Below, piece after piece: positions 1-13,200 of a DNA stretch of 64,000 nt. The notes under the pieces are model-generated. The model searched no databases and was not told where the DNA came from. It was given only the letters and a program-made list of their open reading frames with translations. Made by a program: the position numbers and the translations under genes. The stretch comes from Paragordius varius. Its lineage: Eukaryota; Animalia; Nematomorpha. Positions within the stretch are counted from its first letter, which is position 1, and each line of letters opens with the position of its first letter. The stretch covers positions 7,564,001-7,628,000 of the forward strand of contig OZ176053.1 of assembly GCA_964247055.1 (NCBI GenBank), in the 5' to 3' direction.

Positions 1-652
1 TGATGATCACATTGCTTTGTTAGTTAAGAAAAAGAAGGAAAAGTTTTGGCAATTGTTGGACGAAACTTCAGAAGTACAATTTTGTACATTAACATTATGA
101 TTTATTGGTTTTACCAATATAATGTATTTTAACTCTCTCTGTTTCTATTTACTTTCATCATAGCTGACTCTATCATCAAATTGGAAATCAATAAAGAAAA
201 TTATCAAAGAGGACAATCGCTACATAAAATTTTCGAGTAGCGATAAGGTAAACCTATCTTTTTAATCAATATATAGAAAAAAGAAAAGGAATTTGATGAT
301 TACATGAAAAACCGCGTTTCCAAATGCTTATCGGAATTCAAGGACCTTTTGAAGGAAACAAAATTTATAACACACAAGTATAATAAAAAATATAGTCATA
401 AACTAACAAATATTGTATTTTTGTTACATATGTAATATCTCTTTTAATTATAGATCTAAGGAAACCATTGAAAACGATGATAACAAACAACATTTGCAAG
501 ATATTAAAGACATTTTGTCTAAGGACAAGCGTTATCTTGTGTTGACAGACTTAGATGATGACCGGGAACGTTTATTATGGGATTATATAAATGAAATGCA
601 TAGACGTGGTCCCCCACCTCCTCCAACAGCAACTGAGCCTAGGAGACGCTAG
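1..652 (+). CDS. TCERG1: Transcription elongation regulator 1 (CA150), 3' partial; exons 1-73, 164-247, 277-377, 454-652
   Basis: Spliced translation DDHIALLVKKKKEKFWQLLDETSE/LTLSSNWKSIKKIIKEDNRYIKFSSSDK/KKEKEFDDY...FKDLLKETKFITHK/SKETIE...DKRYLVL...RRGPPPPPTATEPRRR* matches the last FF domains and C-terminal RRGPPPPPTA motif of TCERG1. GT-AG introns 74-163, 248-276 (29 nt), 378-453; AATAAA near 775. Confidence 0.95.
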
Positions 653-2159
653 AAATTTACGGGAATTATATCAAACCATATATCATTATAATGGCCCAAA
701 ACTTACATATTCTTTTAATTTTGTTTTAGTATATGTAGATATTTGTATAAAATTCATCTATTTTTATAATCATTAATAAATACGTGAACTGGCAGATAAG
801 ATATGTGAATAACACAGTGCGTAGTCTTATTTTTACTGTTTTAACCAACGTAACATAGTTTACTACAAAAATTGCATGGTATCTAACGCTACTTGGTATA
901 GCGTTTGTAGGGCAGGTAGGGCAAAAATTTTATTCCGTTTTTGCCGTGTAATTTGAAAAATAGTGTCCACTTTAGTATTTTTGAATTTTAAGATGCAAAT
1001 GACTAATTGAGTTTGATTGAGCTAAGTAAGGGTCGGTTGCTGCAAAAAAGCATTTAATACCTAGAAAATACATATTTAATAGCTATGTAACGAAAAAATT
1101 ATTAACATAACAATAAATTAATTTATTTGAAAGAAATAGTAAATTTAATAGAAATAAAAACCATTAATAACCATTATTGTACATCGTTTCAATTAGGAAT
1201 AAACCAAAAACTGTTAAACGTCAATAAAAGCCTTAAACATTTAATATGATAAAGTTTTTTAAAATAAACGTAATATATGGGTATAAAACATTACGACTAA
1301 TTAATTAATATAAAAAAGATATATTATTATTAATTTCAAATAGTTAATTTATTAAAGTTTTATAGTAACACACTATCTATCAAAGTATATTCGCATACAT
1401 AGAGTATTTATAAATATTTTCAACAATTTAATTAATAATATTTGTAGTGTGTTATTAAAAATATTTTATTAATATACTATATAAAATGGATCATTACTTT
1501 ATCAAAATATTCCTAAGGAAACCCCATATATCTAACAATTTTACCCAAAAAATAAAAGAGATAATACAAAATCATCCCAACAGCATTAAAGAAAAAATAA
1601 ATCACCTCGAAAAAATATGCAAGAAACTGACAAGGGTAAAATATTATTCAGGATGCACTTTTAATAGAAAATTTGAACAATTCTGTAGAAGATGAAAGTG
1701 AAATTAACTGCGCATCAAATACTTCATTGCCGACCAAGAAACCGCAAAAAATTCAAATTATTCTTACAAACCTTATTTGGAGCTGGAAATTATGTTAAAA
1801 ATAAATTCAACGAAAGAATTTTTGATAATTTATAAATTTTAATACTTGTAAAATTTGTATCTAATATATATCAAATAAATAATATCCCTTTTTATTTTTC
1901 CTTCAATATATTCGAAGATAATGATATTTCAGTAATCGAAATCATCATTTTTTCAATTTAAATTTATGTATTATCATTTAGCTATTTGGATATGTTATAA
2001 ATTACACAACTTAAAATAATTATTTTGAAAATTTTTTCAAATTCCAATTTTTGCTACCAAGGATGCATTTAAGTTGCCCGAACACCCTCTCTACGTTCGG
2101 ACCTGTGAAGCTTATTACAGTTCGTTCGCACATATGTTTTTATGAAGGCATCAAGAGCC

Positions 2160-2350
2160 AGAGCGATTTTTATCTTCTAACGCCTACATTTCTTAATCTC
2201 AGTTTGTTCATAATGTTCAGGGAACCTACCTTTAAATATTTGCTTAATATCACCAAAGTCCCAGATATAAGGATAAGATCATTATGTGTTATTTTTCTTT
2301 CAAAATTATATATATATATATATATATATTGCTATTTCAATGCCACCCTA
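2160..2350. repeat. Unclassified dispersed repeat, copy 1 (copy 2 at ~19520-19700)
   Basis: tttatcttc..cgcctac.tttcttaa.ctcag...tataaggataagat...tttctttcaaaattatat...caatgccaccc is shared with 19527-19700. Confidence 0.7.
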
Positions 2351-2559
2351 TGCCGTGCTTTTTTTTCTTTTTCCTTTTTTTATTTCTCTTATAACCATTT
2401 TTTTGCTGCTCGATTGCAACTTTACTGTTACCTTCTTGAATTTAAAATATTTTTTTTTCATTTTTCCATATTAGAGAGGTATCGAATATGATCATATATT
2501 AATATATTCCTTTATGAACGCTGAATTCGATCCCCCAATTTTAGTTGACATAAGGCTAT

Positions 2560-3880
2560 TCGCTTTGAATCACCTTTCTTCCTCCAATTGTCTAGGTTAT
2601 AAGACCTATCGATTTCGGTACTTCACTCAATCCCTATTACTATTTAACAAATCTTTTGCAAAATGTCTTTAAATTTCATAGTTGGCCTGACGATTGGGTG
2701 AAATCGTATCTCCTCCCGTTCTTCAAAAAAGGTAATCCTCATCTCTGTCGGAACTACTGAATGATAGCTATCACCAATAAATTATTCAAACTTCTTATAA
2801 AAATAATACACAAAAGAATTTCATCCACTATTGATTGTATAGTAATTAATACTATAAATCAGAGCAATGAATTCGCTAAAAGTCTGTACTGCTGTTTTTT
2901 GACTCCAGTATGGCATTTGAACAGTCAACAACGACTGTCTCTGGAAAATTTTACATCTTCCGGTGTTTCCTCCCACATAATACTTCTGTTACATTCGTTA
3001 TATTATAAACAAACGGATCAAAACACAATACGGTCCCATCGACTCGGTCCCTATCCACAGAGGTATGAGACAGGGAGTGTCATTTCTCCCCTCTTGTTTA
3101 ATTTATACACTAAAACACTAATTCGCAATCGGAAATTTCTCAACATATTGGAGCGCGCATTGGTGGTCTAACTATATGCAATCTCCGATACGCTGATGAT
3201 ACGGTTCTTTTGATGGAATCCCATTTGGACATAATCTATATCTTAATAGACTTACAGTCGAAGCAGGTTTGATAGGTCTGATCCTAAACCCATCTAAATC
3301 TATGACCCTCAACGCCCCCCCCTCCCCAGATATCAATATCACTCGATTCCTCCTCTATCGACTTAACCGATCACTCCAAGTATTTAGGTTCAATAATTGC
3401 TACTGACGGCACTTCAGATCCCGACATACAAGCACGGCTTGCTTTAGGGCGTGCTAACATGCGTAAGCTATTTTTGGAACTCCTCGGTAGTTTTCAACTA
3501 AAGTAGTCATCCTTAAAACGATGGTTCATTCCGTTGCTATCTACGCTGAATCATGGGTTTACAAATCCATTGACAAGGCTCGCATATTCATTTCAAATGT
3601 GGTGCTTCCGGAAAATTTTGGGTATTTCCTGGAAAGCCCGCATATCCAACTCATATATACTCAACTTCCTCAAACCAGAATTTTTGATGTATGATCTGGT
3701 GATCTACAAGCAACTAAAATATCTGGGCCACATCCTTCGATATGATTCCTTGGAAAAAACATTCTCTTTGGGTTGGTCGATGGGACTCGCAAAAGAGGTC
3801 ACCCTATAAAGCGGTTTCTAAATATCATTAAATGAGCTACTAACCTTACCCTCTCTCAAATAATTCGAAAGTCGTCTAGA
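2560..3880 (+). mobile_element. RTE-clade non-LTR retrotransposon (LINE), 5'-truncated and degenerate
   Basis: Interrupted RT peptides DWVKSYLLPFFKKGNPHLCRNY*MIAITNKLFKLLIKII, SPLLFNLY, LRYADDTVL (~3184), KYLGSII, and C-terminal FQMWCFRKILGISWKARISN...QLKYLGHILR typical of RTE/BovB ORF2. Confidence 0.85.
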
Positions 3881-4790
3881 ATGGAAAACACTTATTTATG
3901 AGAAAGATAAGTGTTACTACGTTACTAATTCTAACAACATATTTTCAAGTTATTTGATATAAAAAATGAACCACAAAGCTAAAATTATTTTAACATATGG
4001 CCATCAAATATTTTTATAAATCGATATTGATAGTTAGAGTTAGTTTGGTTAAACAATTATCTTTCTTTAATGGCCATTTTAAGGTATAATTTGTTTATCT
4101 GTTGCCTCATAAAAAGAAAAATTAAAATTTTAGTCAAAATATAGTGGAATCGTTTTCGTGTTAAAATCTTCATTTAAAGAATAGAACAGGAGTTAATCAT
4201 GGAATTCCAACCATAGCAGAAGACTTGGACACAAAGGGCTAACTCGTTTTGTCAAAAATTGAATTAGATTTATCAAATATAACCGGAAAAACAATACGCG
4301 AATGATTTGTTTCAAATAAATGTGGATTATAATATATATAATATGCTATATTTATGTCTGGGGATGCAGTTTTCATGAAAATTTATATTCAACTTTTGTG
4401 ATTTTTTTTGATTTTTTAATACCTAAGGATTGCCACTCTTTTTCGGACGCAACTTGAAAAAGGTTTTTTTAGTCGCGCACTCGAATGCAGTTTATTTACT
4501 GCTTTTTTAAAATATTTATGTTTTACGAATTCTAACTTTTCGTGCAGAAACCAATGTCATTATTTTTATATTACCGAATTTGCTAATTAAGCCGTCGTTT
4601 TCAAAGGAATGGGTTGAATGTGCATGTTTTATTCACGTTTTTCTGCTTATGACCGGCCACATTTCCGCTTACGGGTTTATTTTGATTATTTTTTTAATAA
4701 CATGTGGGAGGGGGCGCCATTATGGATTCATGCACCGGGCCCCAGAATTTCAGGCTACGATTCTGCTATACAATTTGTCCAAAAATAATA

Positions 4791-4822
<32 letters not shown>

Positions 4823-4829
4823 TCTAATA

Positions 4830-4970
4830 GGAAAATGTATCAGGATTATCACGGGCTTGTGGTTTTGGTCTTTACGAGTGATATAAGAAATTATACTTTT
4901 GTGGTAAGTGCTCCATATCAGGCGCACATTTTTTTAGTAATATTTTTTTGTGAAAGCTAGAGGCTTCATT
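4830..4970. repeat. Dispersed repeat family B fragment (other copies ~28480-28900, ~54755-55250, partial ~11460-11800)
   Basis: Shared tcaggatta...ggttttgg(t/c)cttac..gtgata...gtaagtgctccatatcagg block and ttttag(a/g)tgtggg block. Two copies directly follow (TA)n tracts. Confidence 0.65.
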
Positions 4971-5480
4971 TAAAAAATATTACTAAAATATTCATACACT
5001 ACATGAATGAATGAAGGAATGACAGCGTAGTTAATATTCAACTTTTTGATGAACTTCAGGGACAAATTTTTTGTAGGCTGATCTGTCTGAGGATAAATTG
5101 ATCAGATTGGAGATCGTAAGGTGGGTGTTATTTGTTAATTGTTTTGACCATGCTTTTCTTGCCTCTTTCACATTTACCCTCTACCAGACCCAGCATGATT
5201 GTTTTCTCCAGTTTATTGCGGATGACGTGGCCAAAGTAGCCTAATCTCCGTTTTGTTATCATTTAAAGTACTGTACTCTTAGGGTTGATTGGAGGATCCA
5301 TTCATTAGTGAGTTGGTCCGTCCATTTTTTACCAAGTAGCATTCTCCAGCAGGTTTGCTCAAAAGCTTGTATAATTTTTTGGTCAGAGTTTGTGCAAACC
5401 TAACTTTCACAGCCATAGGTTGTTGGGAATATTATGGTATTTAAAATTTTTATTTTGGTATGGCTATTTTTCTTGAAGAT

Positions 5481-5699
5481 TGATATGTAGTTGATATTAC
5501 AACATTGCATCTTGTATTTTTATCTCACATCATATTATTATTATATTAATCGCGTTTGCATATAATATTCGTAGAATAAAAGACATATTCTTACAATTGT
5601 GACGCACATGCATTTTAAAATTATCAATAATAAAAAATATAAATATCACGAAATTTTAATAAATTAATTATTATTTGTATTTTACCAATTTACATCTCA
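5481..5699 (+). repeat. 5' LTR (219 bp)
   Basis: tgatatgtagttgatattacaac...tttacatctca, repeated at 10015-10275. Confidence 0.93.
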
Positions 5700-5701
5700 T
5701 T

Positions 5702-5711
5702 TGGCGACGAG
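5702..5711 (+). promoter_or_regulatory. Primer-binding site TGGCGACGAG (complementary to the tRNA-Ser(GCU) 3' end)
   Basis: Lies just after the 5' LTR. Eukaryotic tRNA-Ser(GCU) ends in ...CCUCGUCGCCA (recalled, not searched). Confidence 0.75.
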
Positions 5712-7364
5712 TATGGAGAAAATTTCAATTGAAGGATACGATGACACTTATGATTTTGCCACATACATCAGATATGTCAAAAGGGTTATGATCTCCAAAA
5801 ATGTTGATATTAATGATGATAATATCAAAGTACTGTTTTTAGCTGGAGCTGGTCTTAAAACAATTAATAAGATCGAAACAATGATTTTTCCAGAATCAAT
5901 TGATGATGCTCCTTGGTCCATAATTCATGACATTGGTCTTAAACTTTTCTCACCCGCCAAGTCTGTCTTCGCTGCAAGGTTTGAGTTTGCTCTTTGCGGA
6001 GAAATGATGGAGAAACTTTCACGAAATTTTCGCAATGAGTCAAGAGTGTGGCGGAAAAGGCTGAATTTCAAACAGAGGTGGAGAATTAGAGACAGTTTCG
6101 TGGCTGGATTAAACTTGCAATCATTGGAAGTGGATCTTTATTCACGATTTCCTGATGCGAAGTGTGATGGGAAGGCGGTGTCATTAACCATCATTGTCGA
6201 CATGGCCTTGGCTCAGGAACTTGCAAAGGCCGATATTGCCTCCCATGTGTCGTCAAGCAGTATCCTCAAAAAATCGGTCAAATGATAATAATAATTAGTA
6301 ATAATATGGAATATAAAAAAAATGATGGCAATAATAATAAATGGAAGCGGAGATGTGGCAAATGTGGTAAATCTACCAAAACAATGTCCCGCGTTCGGAA
6401 AAATATGCCACAATTGTAATAAAAAAATCATTTTCAGGCAATGTGTCGCCATAAAAAACGATATAGTGATAATATAAACGCTAATTATAATAAATGGGGC
6501 ACACAAGCGAACATTTGCGCTACGATTAATGGCCAAGCTGTCAGTATGGTTTTTGATACTGGAGCTGCTGCTACTCTGATTAATAAAAATGTTTGGAAGA
6601 CGGTGGGAGTACAGTTACTAAAATGTGCTCCCAGATTAACTTCCTACGGAAACAACCCAATCAAACTCTTGGGGAAAACAGTTGTCAATGTAACAATGGG
6701 AAACATTACGAGAAATTAGAATGTTTTGTGACGGAAGAAGAGCTATCTCCGATATTTGGGCTGCCTTGGATCATTGGTAGTGGCATGACCTTACCGGATA
6801 ACGTGAAAGTTAATCAAATAACATCTAATAATAATAATGATCATGATGATGTATTCAAGCGATTTCCAAAACTCTTTAACAGGGAATTGGGTTGTTACAA
6901 CGGTGATGTTAAATTGTATGTTCGATCAGATGCAATACCAAAAGTCTGCGCTGCACGGTGAATTCCAATGGAACTACAGAGTAAAGTAGAGATGGAAATG
7001 CAGACTGGTGGACCTGGGGATAGTGAGTCCCGTTGATCCTACACAACACCATGTGGAATAAGCGACTCCTACGGTTAACGTAGTAAAACTAAAGGGGAAA
7101 TTAGGGTGTGCGCTGATTTCCGAAAAACAATCAATTCTTTGATGGAGAACATATCTCAGATTATCCCGACATTTGACACGATCGCGTCCAAATCTGCGGG
7201 ATCCATATGGTTCTCGTCCATTGATTTAAAGGACGCATACCTTCAAATTCCGGTGGATGTGGAAAGATCCAAAAAGGAAGGGAGATGGTCACAAGAACAT
7301 CAGAATGAATTTAAGCAAGCAAAAAACTTGATATCAAGAGATTCTTTACTTGCCACTTATAACA

Positions 7365-8445
7365 TCTATATATTTATAAAAATGGAAAATGCTGGCTTTG
7401 TGATTTGGTACCGGAAAACCTGTAGACCCATTCAAATCCAAACATCGAAAAAATATAATCATTAATTAATGCCCCAACAAATGCTTCGCCCTTTTTTTGA
7501 ATTAGGCCCCAAGTTCGGGCCCACCCCGTGTGAAAAACGGGTTGAGACAATTTTCCGGAGAACGTGTTGGACCATTCAATTTCAAATATGATTTTTGTTT
7601 ACTTATTTTTGATCGCGCCGAACATAGTCGTCTCACTTTTTTGATTTAGGCCCTCTTTTTACCCGCTACCCCCGTAAAATGCCATTTTTTTCAAAAAAAA
7701 ACAAAGTCCACAAAAATAATTTTTTGATTGTATTTTTTTGCCCAAGGTATGAGACTGTAAAAATTTAGTAAGAATTTTTCGTATTCCCTGTTAGAAGGCA
7801 AAATTTTAGTCAAGCGTTTCTTTGATGATAGCTGCTGAGTAAGAAGTATCTATCATATGTATAAGATGTTAAAAAATATATGGATAATAAAACATTATTT
7901 ATGATAAATTTATAAAAATGGAAAATGATGGCTTTGTGATCTGGTACCGGAAAACCGGTAACCCATTCAAATCCAAACATCAAAAAAATATAATCATTAA
8001 TTAATGCCCCAACAAATGCTTCGCCCTTTTTTGAAATTAGGCCCCCAGTTCGGGCCTACCCCGTGTAAAAAACAGGCTGAGACAATTTTCCGGAGAACTT
8101 GGACCATTAAATTTCAAATATGATTTTTGTTTGCTTATGATTGCGCCGAACATAGTCGACTCACTTTTTTGATTTAGGCCCTCTTTTTACCCGCTACCCC
8201 CGTAAAATGCCATTTTTTCAAAAAAACAGTCCACAAAAATAATTTTTTGATTGTATTTTTCCCCCAAGTAAACAATATATTAGTATGAATGCACCGTTTT
8301 AAAATTCCTATAAAATCATTTTTAAATAATGTTTCGAAATAATAATCCACATATGTGGATCATTTTATTCTCCCTTTTTTCAAATAACCCCCCCCCCCCC
8401 CCAGAAGTCCGAAGGACTTCCTCAGGCTGCGTAGCAGCACGAGAT
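7365..8445 (+). mobile_element. Non-autonomous Helitron-like element (chimeric, two units) inserted in Gypsy pol
   Basis: 5' A|TCTATATATTTATAAAAATGG; 3' hairpins AAGTCC-GAA-GGACTT and GCTGC-GTA-GCAGC. Removing it at A|T restores pol LATYNINNKTIIQVDAS with no TSD. Homologous copies at ~22870-23350 and 57970-58550. Confidence 0.75.
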
Positions 8446-10014
8446 TAAATAATAAAACAATAATACAAGTGGATGCGTCTACAAAAGGCTTTGTAGCTGT
8501 ACTCCTGCAAATGGAGAATAAGAGAATGGTACCAATTGCATTCGCGTCAAGAAAATGCCAGAATGCGGAGAAAAATTATTCTGTGATTGAATTGGAAACT
8601 AAGGCTTTACTATTTGGGTTAGAAAAATTCCGTTATTATATTTATGGCCAGAAATGTGAGGTCTGGTCAGATCATAAGCCGTTAGTTCATTTATTCGGAA
8701 ACAATCGGAAGTTAAGTGATATTAAGTGTAAATTGTCAAGATGGATCTACAAGGTCGCCGCGTATGATTTTAATATGAAATATATTGCGGGTCGACAAAC
8801 ATGGCCGACGTTTTCAAGACTCGAAAATAGTCAGACATCATTAGCCAATGATGATAAATATGTGGCCGAAAAAATCCGACAAATCGCATTCGTGGATTTA
8901 AATTTAAATAAAATCCAAATAAAAAAAGATTGTTTGGAGGATAAACTGTTAAAACGATTACGTATGGCACTTAAAAATAATGATTGGTCAACACCGGAAT
9001 TATCCGCATTCAAAGCCGTGAGAAATGATCTCAAACAAGCTGATGGTTTTGTGTATGTTGGTGATCGGTTGGTTATCCCAACAGCTGCGCGAAGACGAAT
9101 TTCGGCTTGGTTTCATGTTGGACATCCGGGGATCGTTGCTATGAAAAACACAGCCAGGTCGTTGGTGTTTTGGCCCGGAATGGGTAAGGACATTGAAAAG
9201 TTAGTACACCACTGTCAGAGTTGTCAGAGGAACAGGGCGAACGTTGCTGAGAATCCGGTATATAAATGGAACTTCAATGTGAAGACTCCATGTGGACATC
9301 GCGGGTCCCATGTGTGGTATTTGGTTGGTTTTAATTGACGCGTTCTCAAGATGGGTGGAGATACTTAGCAGTATTACATCTGATGTGATTTTGAAACAAT
9401 TGGAGAAATGGTTTTCTTCTTATGGTTTTCCAAGAATGCTAGTATCTGATAATGATACTTATTTCAAATCGTTCAATTTTCAGGAAAAAATGACAAACTG
9501 GAACATTAATCATGTGACGTCTGCTCCCTATCACCCAAGGACAAATGGTTTGGTGGAAAGAGTGATTTACACGTGGAAATCAAGATTTCGTTCTACGAGG
9601 ATGACTGGCGTGAAGAGTCAAGAGGCTTTAAATAATGTATTATTGGCCTATCGAAACTCATGGCATAACGAGATAAAGACGACCCCCGCATCGTTGTTTT
9701 TGAAGAGGAACATCAGCACACCGTTGAATTGGTTGCAAGATAAAGAAGTGCTTAAAGAAAGTACACCAACGAGACCCTTAAGAAAATTTACACCTTCACA
9801 GCCAATATTTATGAAGAATGAGATATCTAGAGGATGGCGACCGGGTACGGTTGAAGTAAGAACGGGGCCGTTATTGTACGAAGTAAAGGATGAAGATGGG
9901 AAAGAGAAGAGGAAACATGCAGATGAGGTCGGATGGTGAGCAGAGTGAGGCCCCCAGCCGTTACCCAGATCGAGTCCGCTAACCTCCTAAGCGTTTTTTA
10001 GAGGATGAAGAGAA

Positions 10015-10275
10015 TGATATGTAGTTGATATTACAACATTGCATCATTGTATTTTTATCTTACATCATATTATTATTATTATATTAATTGCGTTTGGCGT
10101 TTATGTTCGTGCGTCATTATTCTTGGAATTCTCATATAAATATTCGTAGAATAAAAGGCATATTCTTACAATTTTGACGAACATGCATGTTAAAATTATC
10201 AATAATAAAAAAGTATAAATATCACGAAATTTTAATAAATTAATTAATATTTGTATTTCAACAATTTACATCTCA
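10015..10275 (+). repeat. 3' LTR (261 bp), preceded by polypurine tract agaggatgaagagaa
   Basis: Direct repeat of 5481-5699 with an extra ~36-nt internal segment. Confidence 0.93.
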
Positions 10276-13200
10276 AAGACCATATCTAGTGATATGATTT
10301 TATTTTAGCCCTGGCTATGACTAGTCTTCGTTTAATTTCAGGTGTTGTATTATTTTATTATTAATTTCCACTAAATATATATAGTTGTCTAATGTTTCTA
10401 AACAGTGTCGCCCATTTTGATTAAGCATGTGGCGTCATTTGTTATGACTTTGGTTTTTGCCAAGTTAATTTCGAGGCCATGAGATTGTCTCAGGTGTATT
10501 TTTTTCAGAGCTGTTGTAAATCATATTGTGTAGCAGCGACTAAGACGGTATGGTCAGCGTAATTAAGGTTATTACTTATTTCTCCGCCTAGTTTTACACC
10601 GATATGATTATGAATACCTAACTTGGACCAGATATATTCGGTGTAGATATTGAAGTGGTGAAACGATGCACCCCGGACGGGCTCCCTGTTTGTGGGAAAC
10701 AATTGAGGTGGCGTGTACTGTTTGACTACATGCCTCAGTGTTGCTGTATAAAGATTTTTTTGAATGAGACCAGGTGTTGTGCCAATTTTTTCCAAGGCTT
10801 CCCATAGTGTGTTGTGAATAAGCTTGTCAAAGGCTTTTGTGTAATCAATAAAATCAGAGATAAATTGGTTTTTTGTGTTCAATATATTTTTCCATCATAA
10901 ACCTAAGGTTGCAGAGTTGGTCTCTGCAGCCTCTTCCCTTCCGAAAACCAATTTAATTTTGTGAAATGTTATTCTCAACTTGGGATAATAATCTCTAATA
11001 CAATATTTTAAATAATATTTTTGAGGCTTGCGATATAAGTGCTATTGTTCTCTAGTTGCTGCATATTTTAGGGTTGCCTTTTTTGTGAATTGGGATAAGT
11101 AGAGATTTAGACCAATTGTTTGGCCATATGCCGGATTAAAAAGTTTTTTGAGAAGCGATTATAAGTGTTTTTATTGGAAAGTAATTTAGTATTTCTATAT
11201 GGATGTCGTCATATCCCAAGGCTTTGATGCTAGAAGGGGATTTGGTTACATTTAGGACCGTACTTTCTAGGATGAGTGGTTCATCTAAGGGGAAGTTTTG
11301 GGGAGAATGCGTAACTTTTGAGTCACTGTGAAATTCTGTGGAATTTTGTTTCCAGTTAATTATATTATTCTTTTATGATTTTCTATCTCATTCGAATCAA
11401 GTTTAGAGCCTTTATAAATATATATTTTTGTTGCAATAGTTTGTTTGAACCTACATATCAAAAGCAAAACAATATTTTCAAAAACAATATTTTCAAAAAA
11501 TTTCAATTTTTAGATGTGGGCCCTGAAAGTTTCAAATTTTTTTGATCATCTAAAATGAGTTATTCCTCTTAAATGCCGGGGTTGAGCGAGGAAAATTATA
11601 AATATAGGCTAAATTTTGTCATTGAAAACATATTGTATCTGGAACACCACATTTACATAAATTTCGGAGCTTGAATTAACTATTTAATATGTTCAATCTA
11701 TAAAAATCAATGGCAAAACTTAGAAGTTTTTTTTACCCAGTATTGTTGAGTAGTATATATCTTTGAAAAAATTTATTTTTTAGCACGCCTTAGAAAATTG
11801 AAACTCTTAGCTTTAATGAAAATGGTTTTGATGCCCATTAAAAGCCATTGAATTTAATGTATAGAAATATTATAGACATACATAATTTAAACTTGAAGTA
11901 ATGCAAAGTATAGGCTAACTTTAATATACCTATTAGACTAAGGGAGAAATCATTCTAGTTAAAGAATCATATGATATCATAAAAAACAGTTATAAAAAGA
12001 AACCAACAAAATAGTCATATCCAAGCCAAGAAAAATTTGGGAATACAGAGTCAACATTTTTGGACAAGTTCTATGAATGCAAAATCATTTTAAGTGAAGG
12101 ATCAAATATGAAGGAAATGCATATCATAGAAAAGCCAACTAAGGCTATTAGTTGTGTTAAAGAGTCAAGAAATTGGAAACAAGTCAGATTACACAATTAT
12201 GGGGTAAACCTCATACGCACACAACATCGAATGCCTTACATATTACTATAATTATTGGAAGAATCATTTGTTTTATTAAAAATTGGTTTTAATAACATAT
12301 AAACTGTTCATTACATATCATGATAGGGATTTATTTTCTTCAGTTATGATTTTCAAACATTGTTTATATTTATTGAACAAATTTCTTACAGATTTGAAAC
12401 TTCTACAAACTTTAAATTCAATTATAATTTTAAAATATTAACACGAAAATTTTCTGTTAAAACATAATTAAATGGAGTCGATTAATTTTGTTTTTATATA
12501 ATATATTTTTATATGCCAGTTTATTTAGCGATTTAACAAAAAATCGAGTAAAATTGGTGGCAAAAATTTTAAGATGAGATTTTCAGTTTACTAAAGGCCA
12601 GAGAATACATCTTTTTTGTAATTTGTCCCAATATTATAGATATGAGGATATTTAAATTTTGAATTCCCTTCGAAACTATCCGATTAAAAACCATTATTGT
12701 CAATCTACATTACCAAATATTAATAAAACAAACATAAATATATTGGTGATTGAAACGATTCATTAGCTTTGGTTCCCTCAAATTAACGAAAAAAGATTGA
12801 TTACAGCTACTAAAATGGACCGTAAAAAATAAGATTTTGATACTATGATAATAATACATAAAACATATGGTCGGTTATGATTTGGATTTAAACCCTAAAA
12901 TGTATACTTTACATAAAAATTACTATGTAAATGAAGGGTGATTTTTTGTATAAATTAAAAAAGGAAAACAAAACTCTTTTTAAACCGTTTTTATTTCAAA
13001 AAAGCTAATAAAATCGTTCCAACTCCTTTTGATAAAATTTGATATCATATGTAGACCCTGATAATGATTGTAAATAACTTTTAATTAAGGTGATTTATTC
13101 TAAATATTAGCAGTCAAAATTTTAATTATTTTTTTTTCAATTACCTACATACACTATAAGTCAATTTTCGCTTATGCTGGAAGTATTCCATAACTTTTCG

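Larger units (their letters stand above)
5481..10275 (+). mobile_element. Ty3/Gypsy LTR retrotransposon (Mag-like, K02A2.6-type pol), full outline but defective
   Basis: LTRs 5481-5699 and 10015-10275 (TG...CA); near-TSD AAGAT/AAGAC; PBS and PPT present. gag from ATG 5713 with a double Zn knuckle, protease VFDTGAAATLI, RT VCADF...IDLKDAYLQIP, RNase H QVDAS...NYSVIELE...DHKPL, integrase HHCC and DIAGP/SDN/PYHPRTNGLVER. Many frameshifts; the RT YxDD region is deleted. Confidence 0.95.
5003..11430 (-). mobile_element. RTE LINE remnant split by the LTR retrotransposon (segments ~5003-5480 and 10276-~11430)
   Basis: Minus strand encodes FIDYTKAFD, NLNYADHTVL (ORF 10505-10882) and, after removing 5481-10275, LDMVFKKNSHTKIKILNTIIFPTTYGCES...AFEQTCWRMLL...KRRLGYFGHVIR. 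A (TTCA)n-like tail lies at ~5003-5020. Confidence 0.85.

Noticed and set aside
1486-1750. ORF ending VKYYSGCTFNRKF, faintly like a GIY-YIG/Penelope endonuclease
   Set aside because: Too short and degenerate; no RT context or second motif.
2051-2491. 146-aa plus-strand ORF
   Set aside because: Runs through a dispersed repeat and (TA)n; Phe/Ile/Tyr-rich composition typical of AT-rich noise.
12060-12251. 63-aa ORF with coding-like composition
   Set aside because: No recognisable motif or splice chain; possibly a TE fragment.
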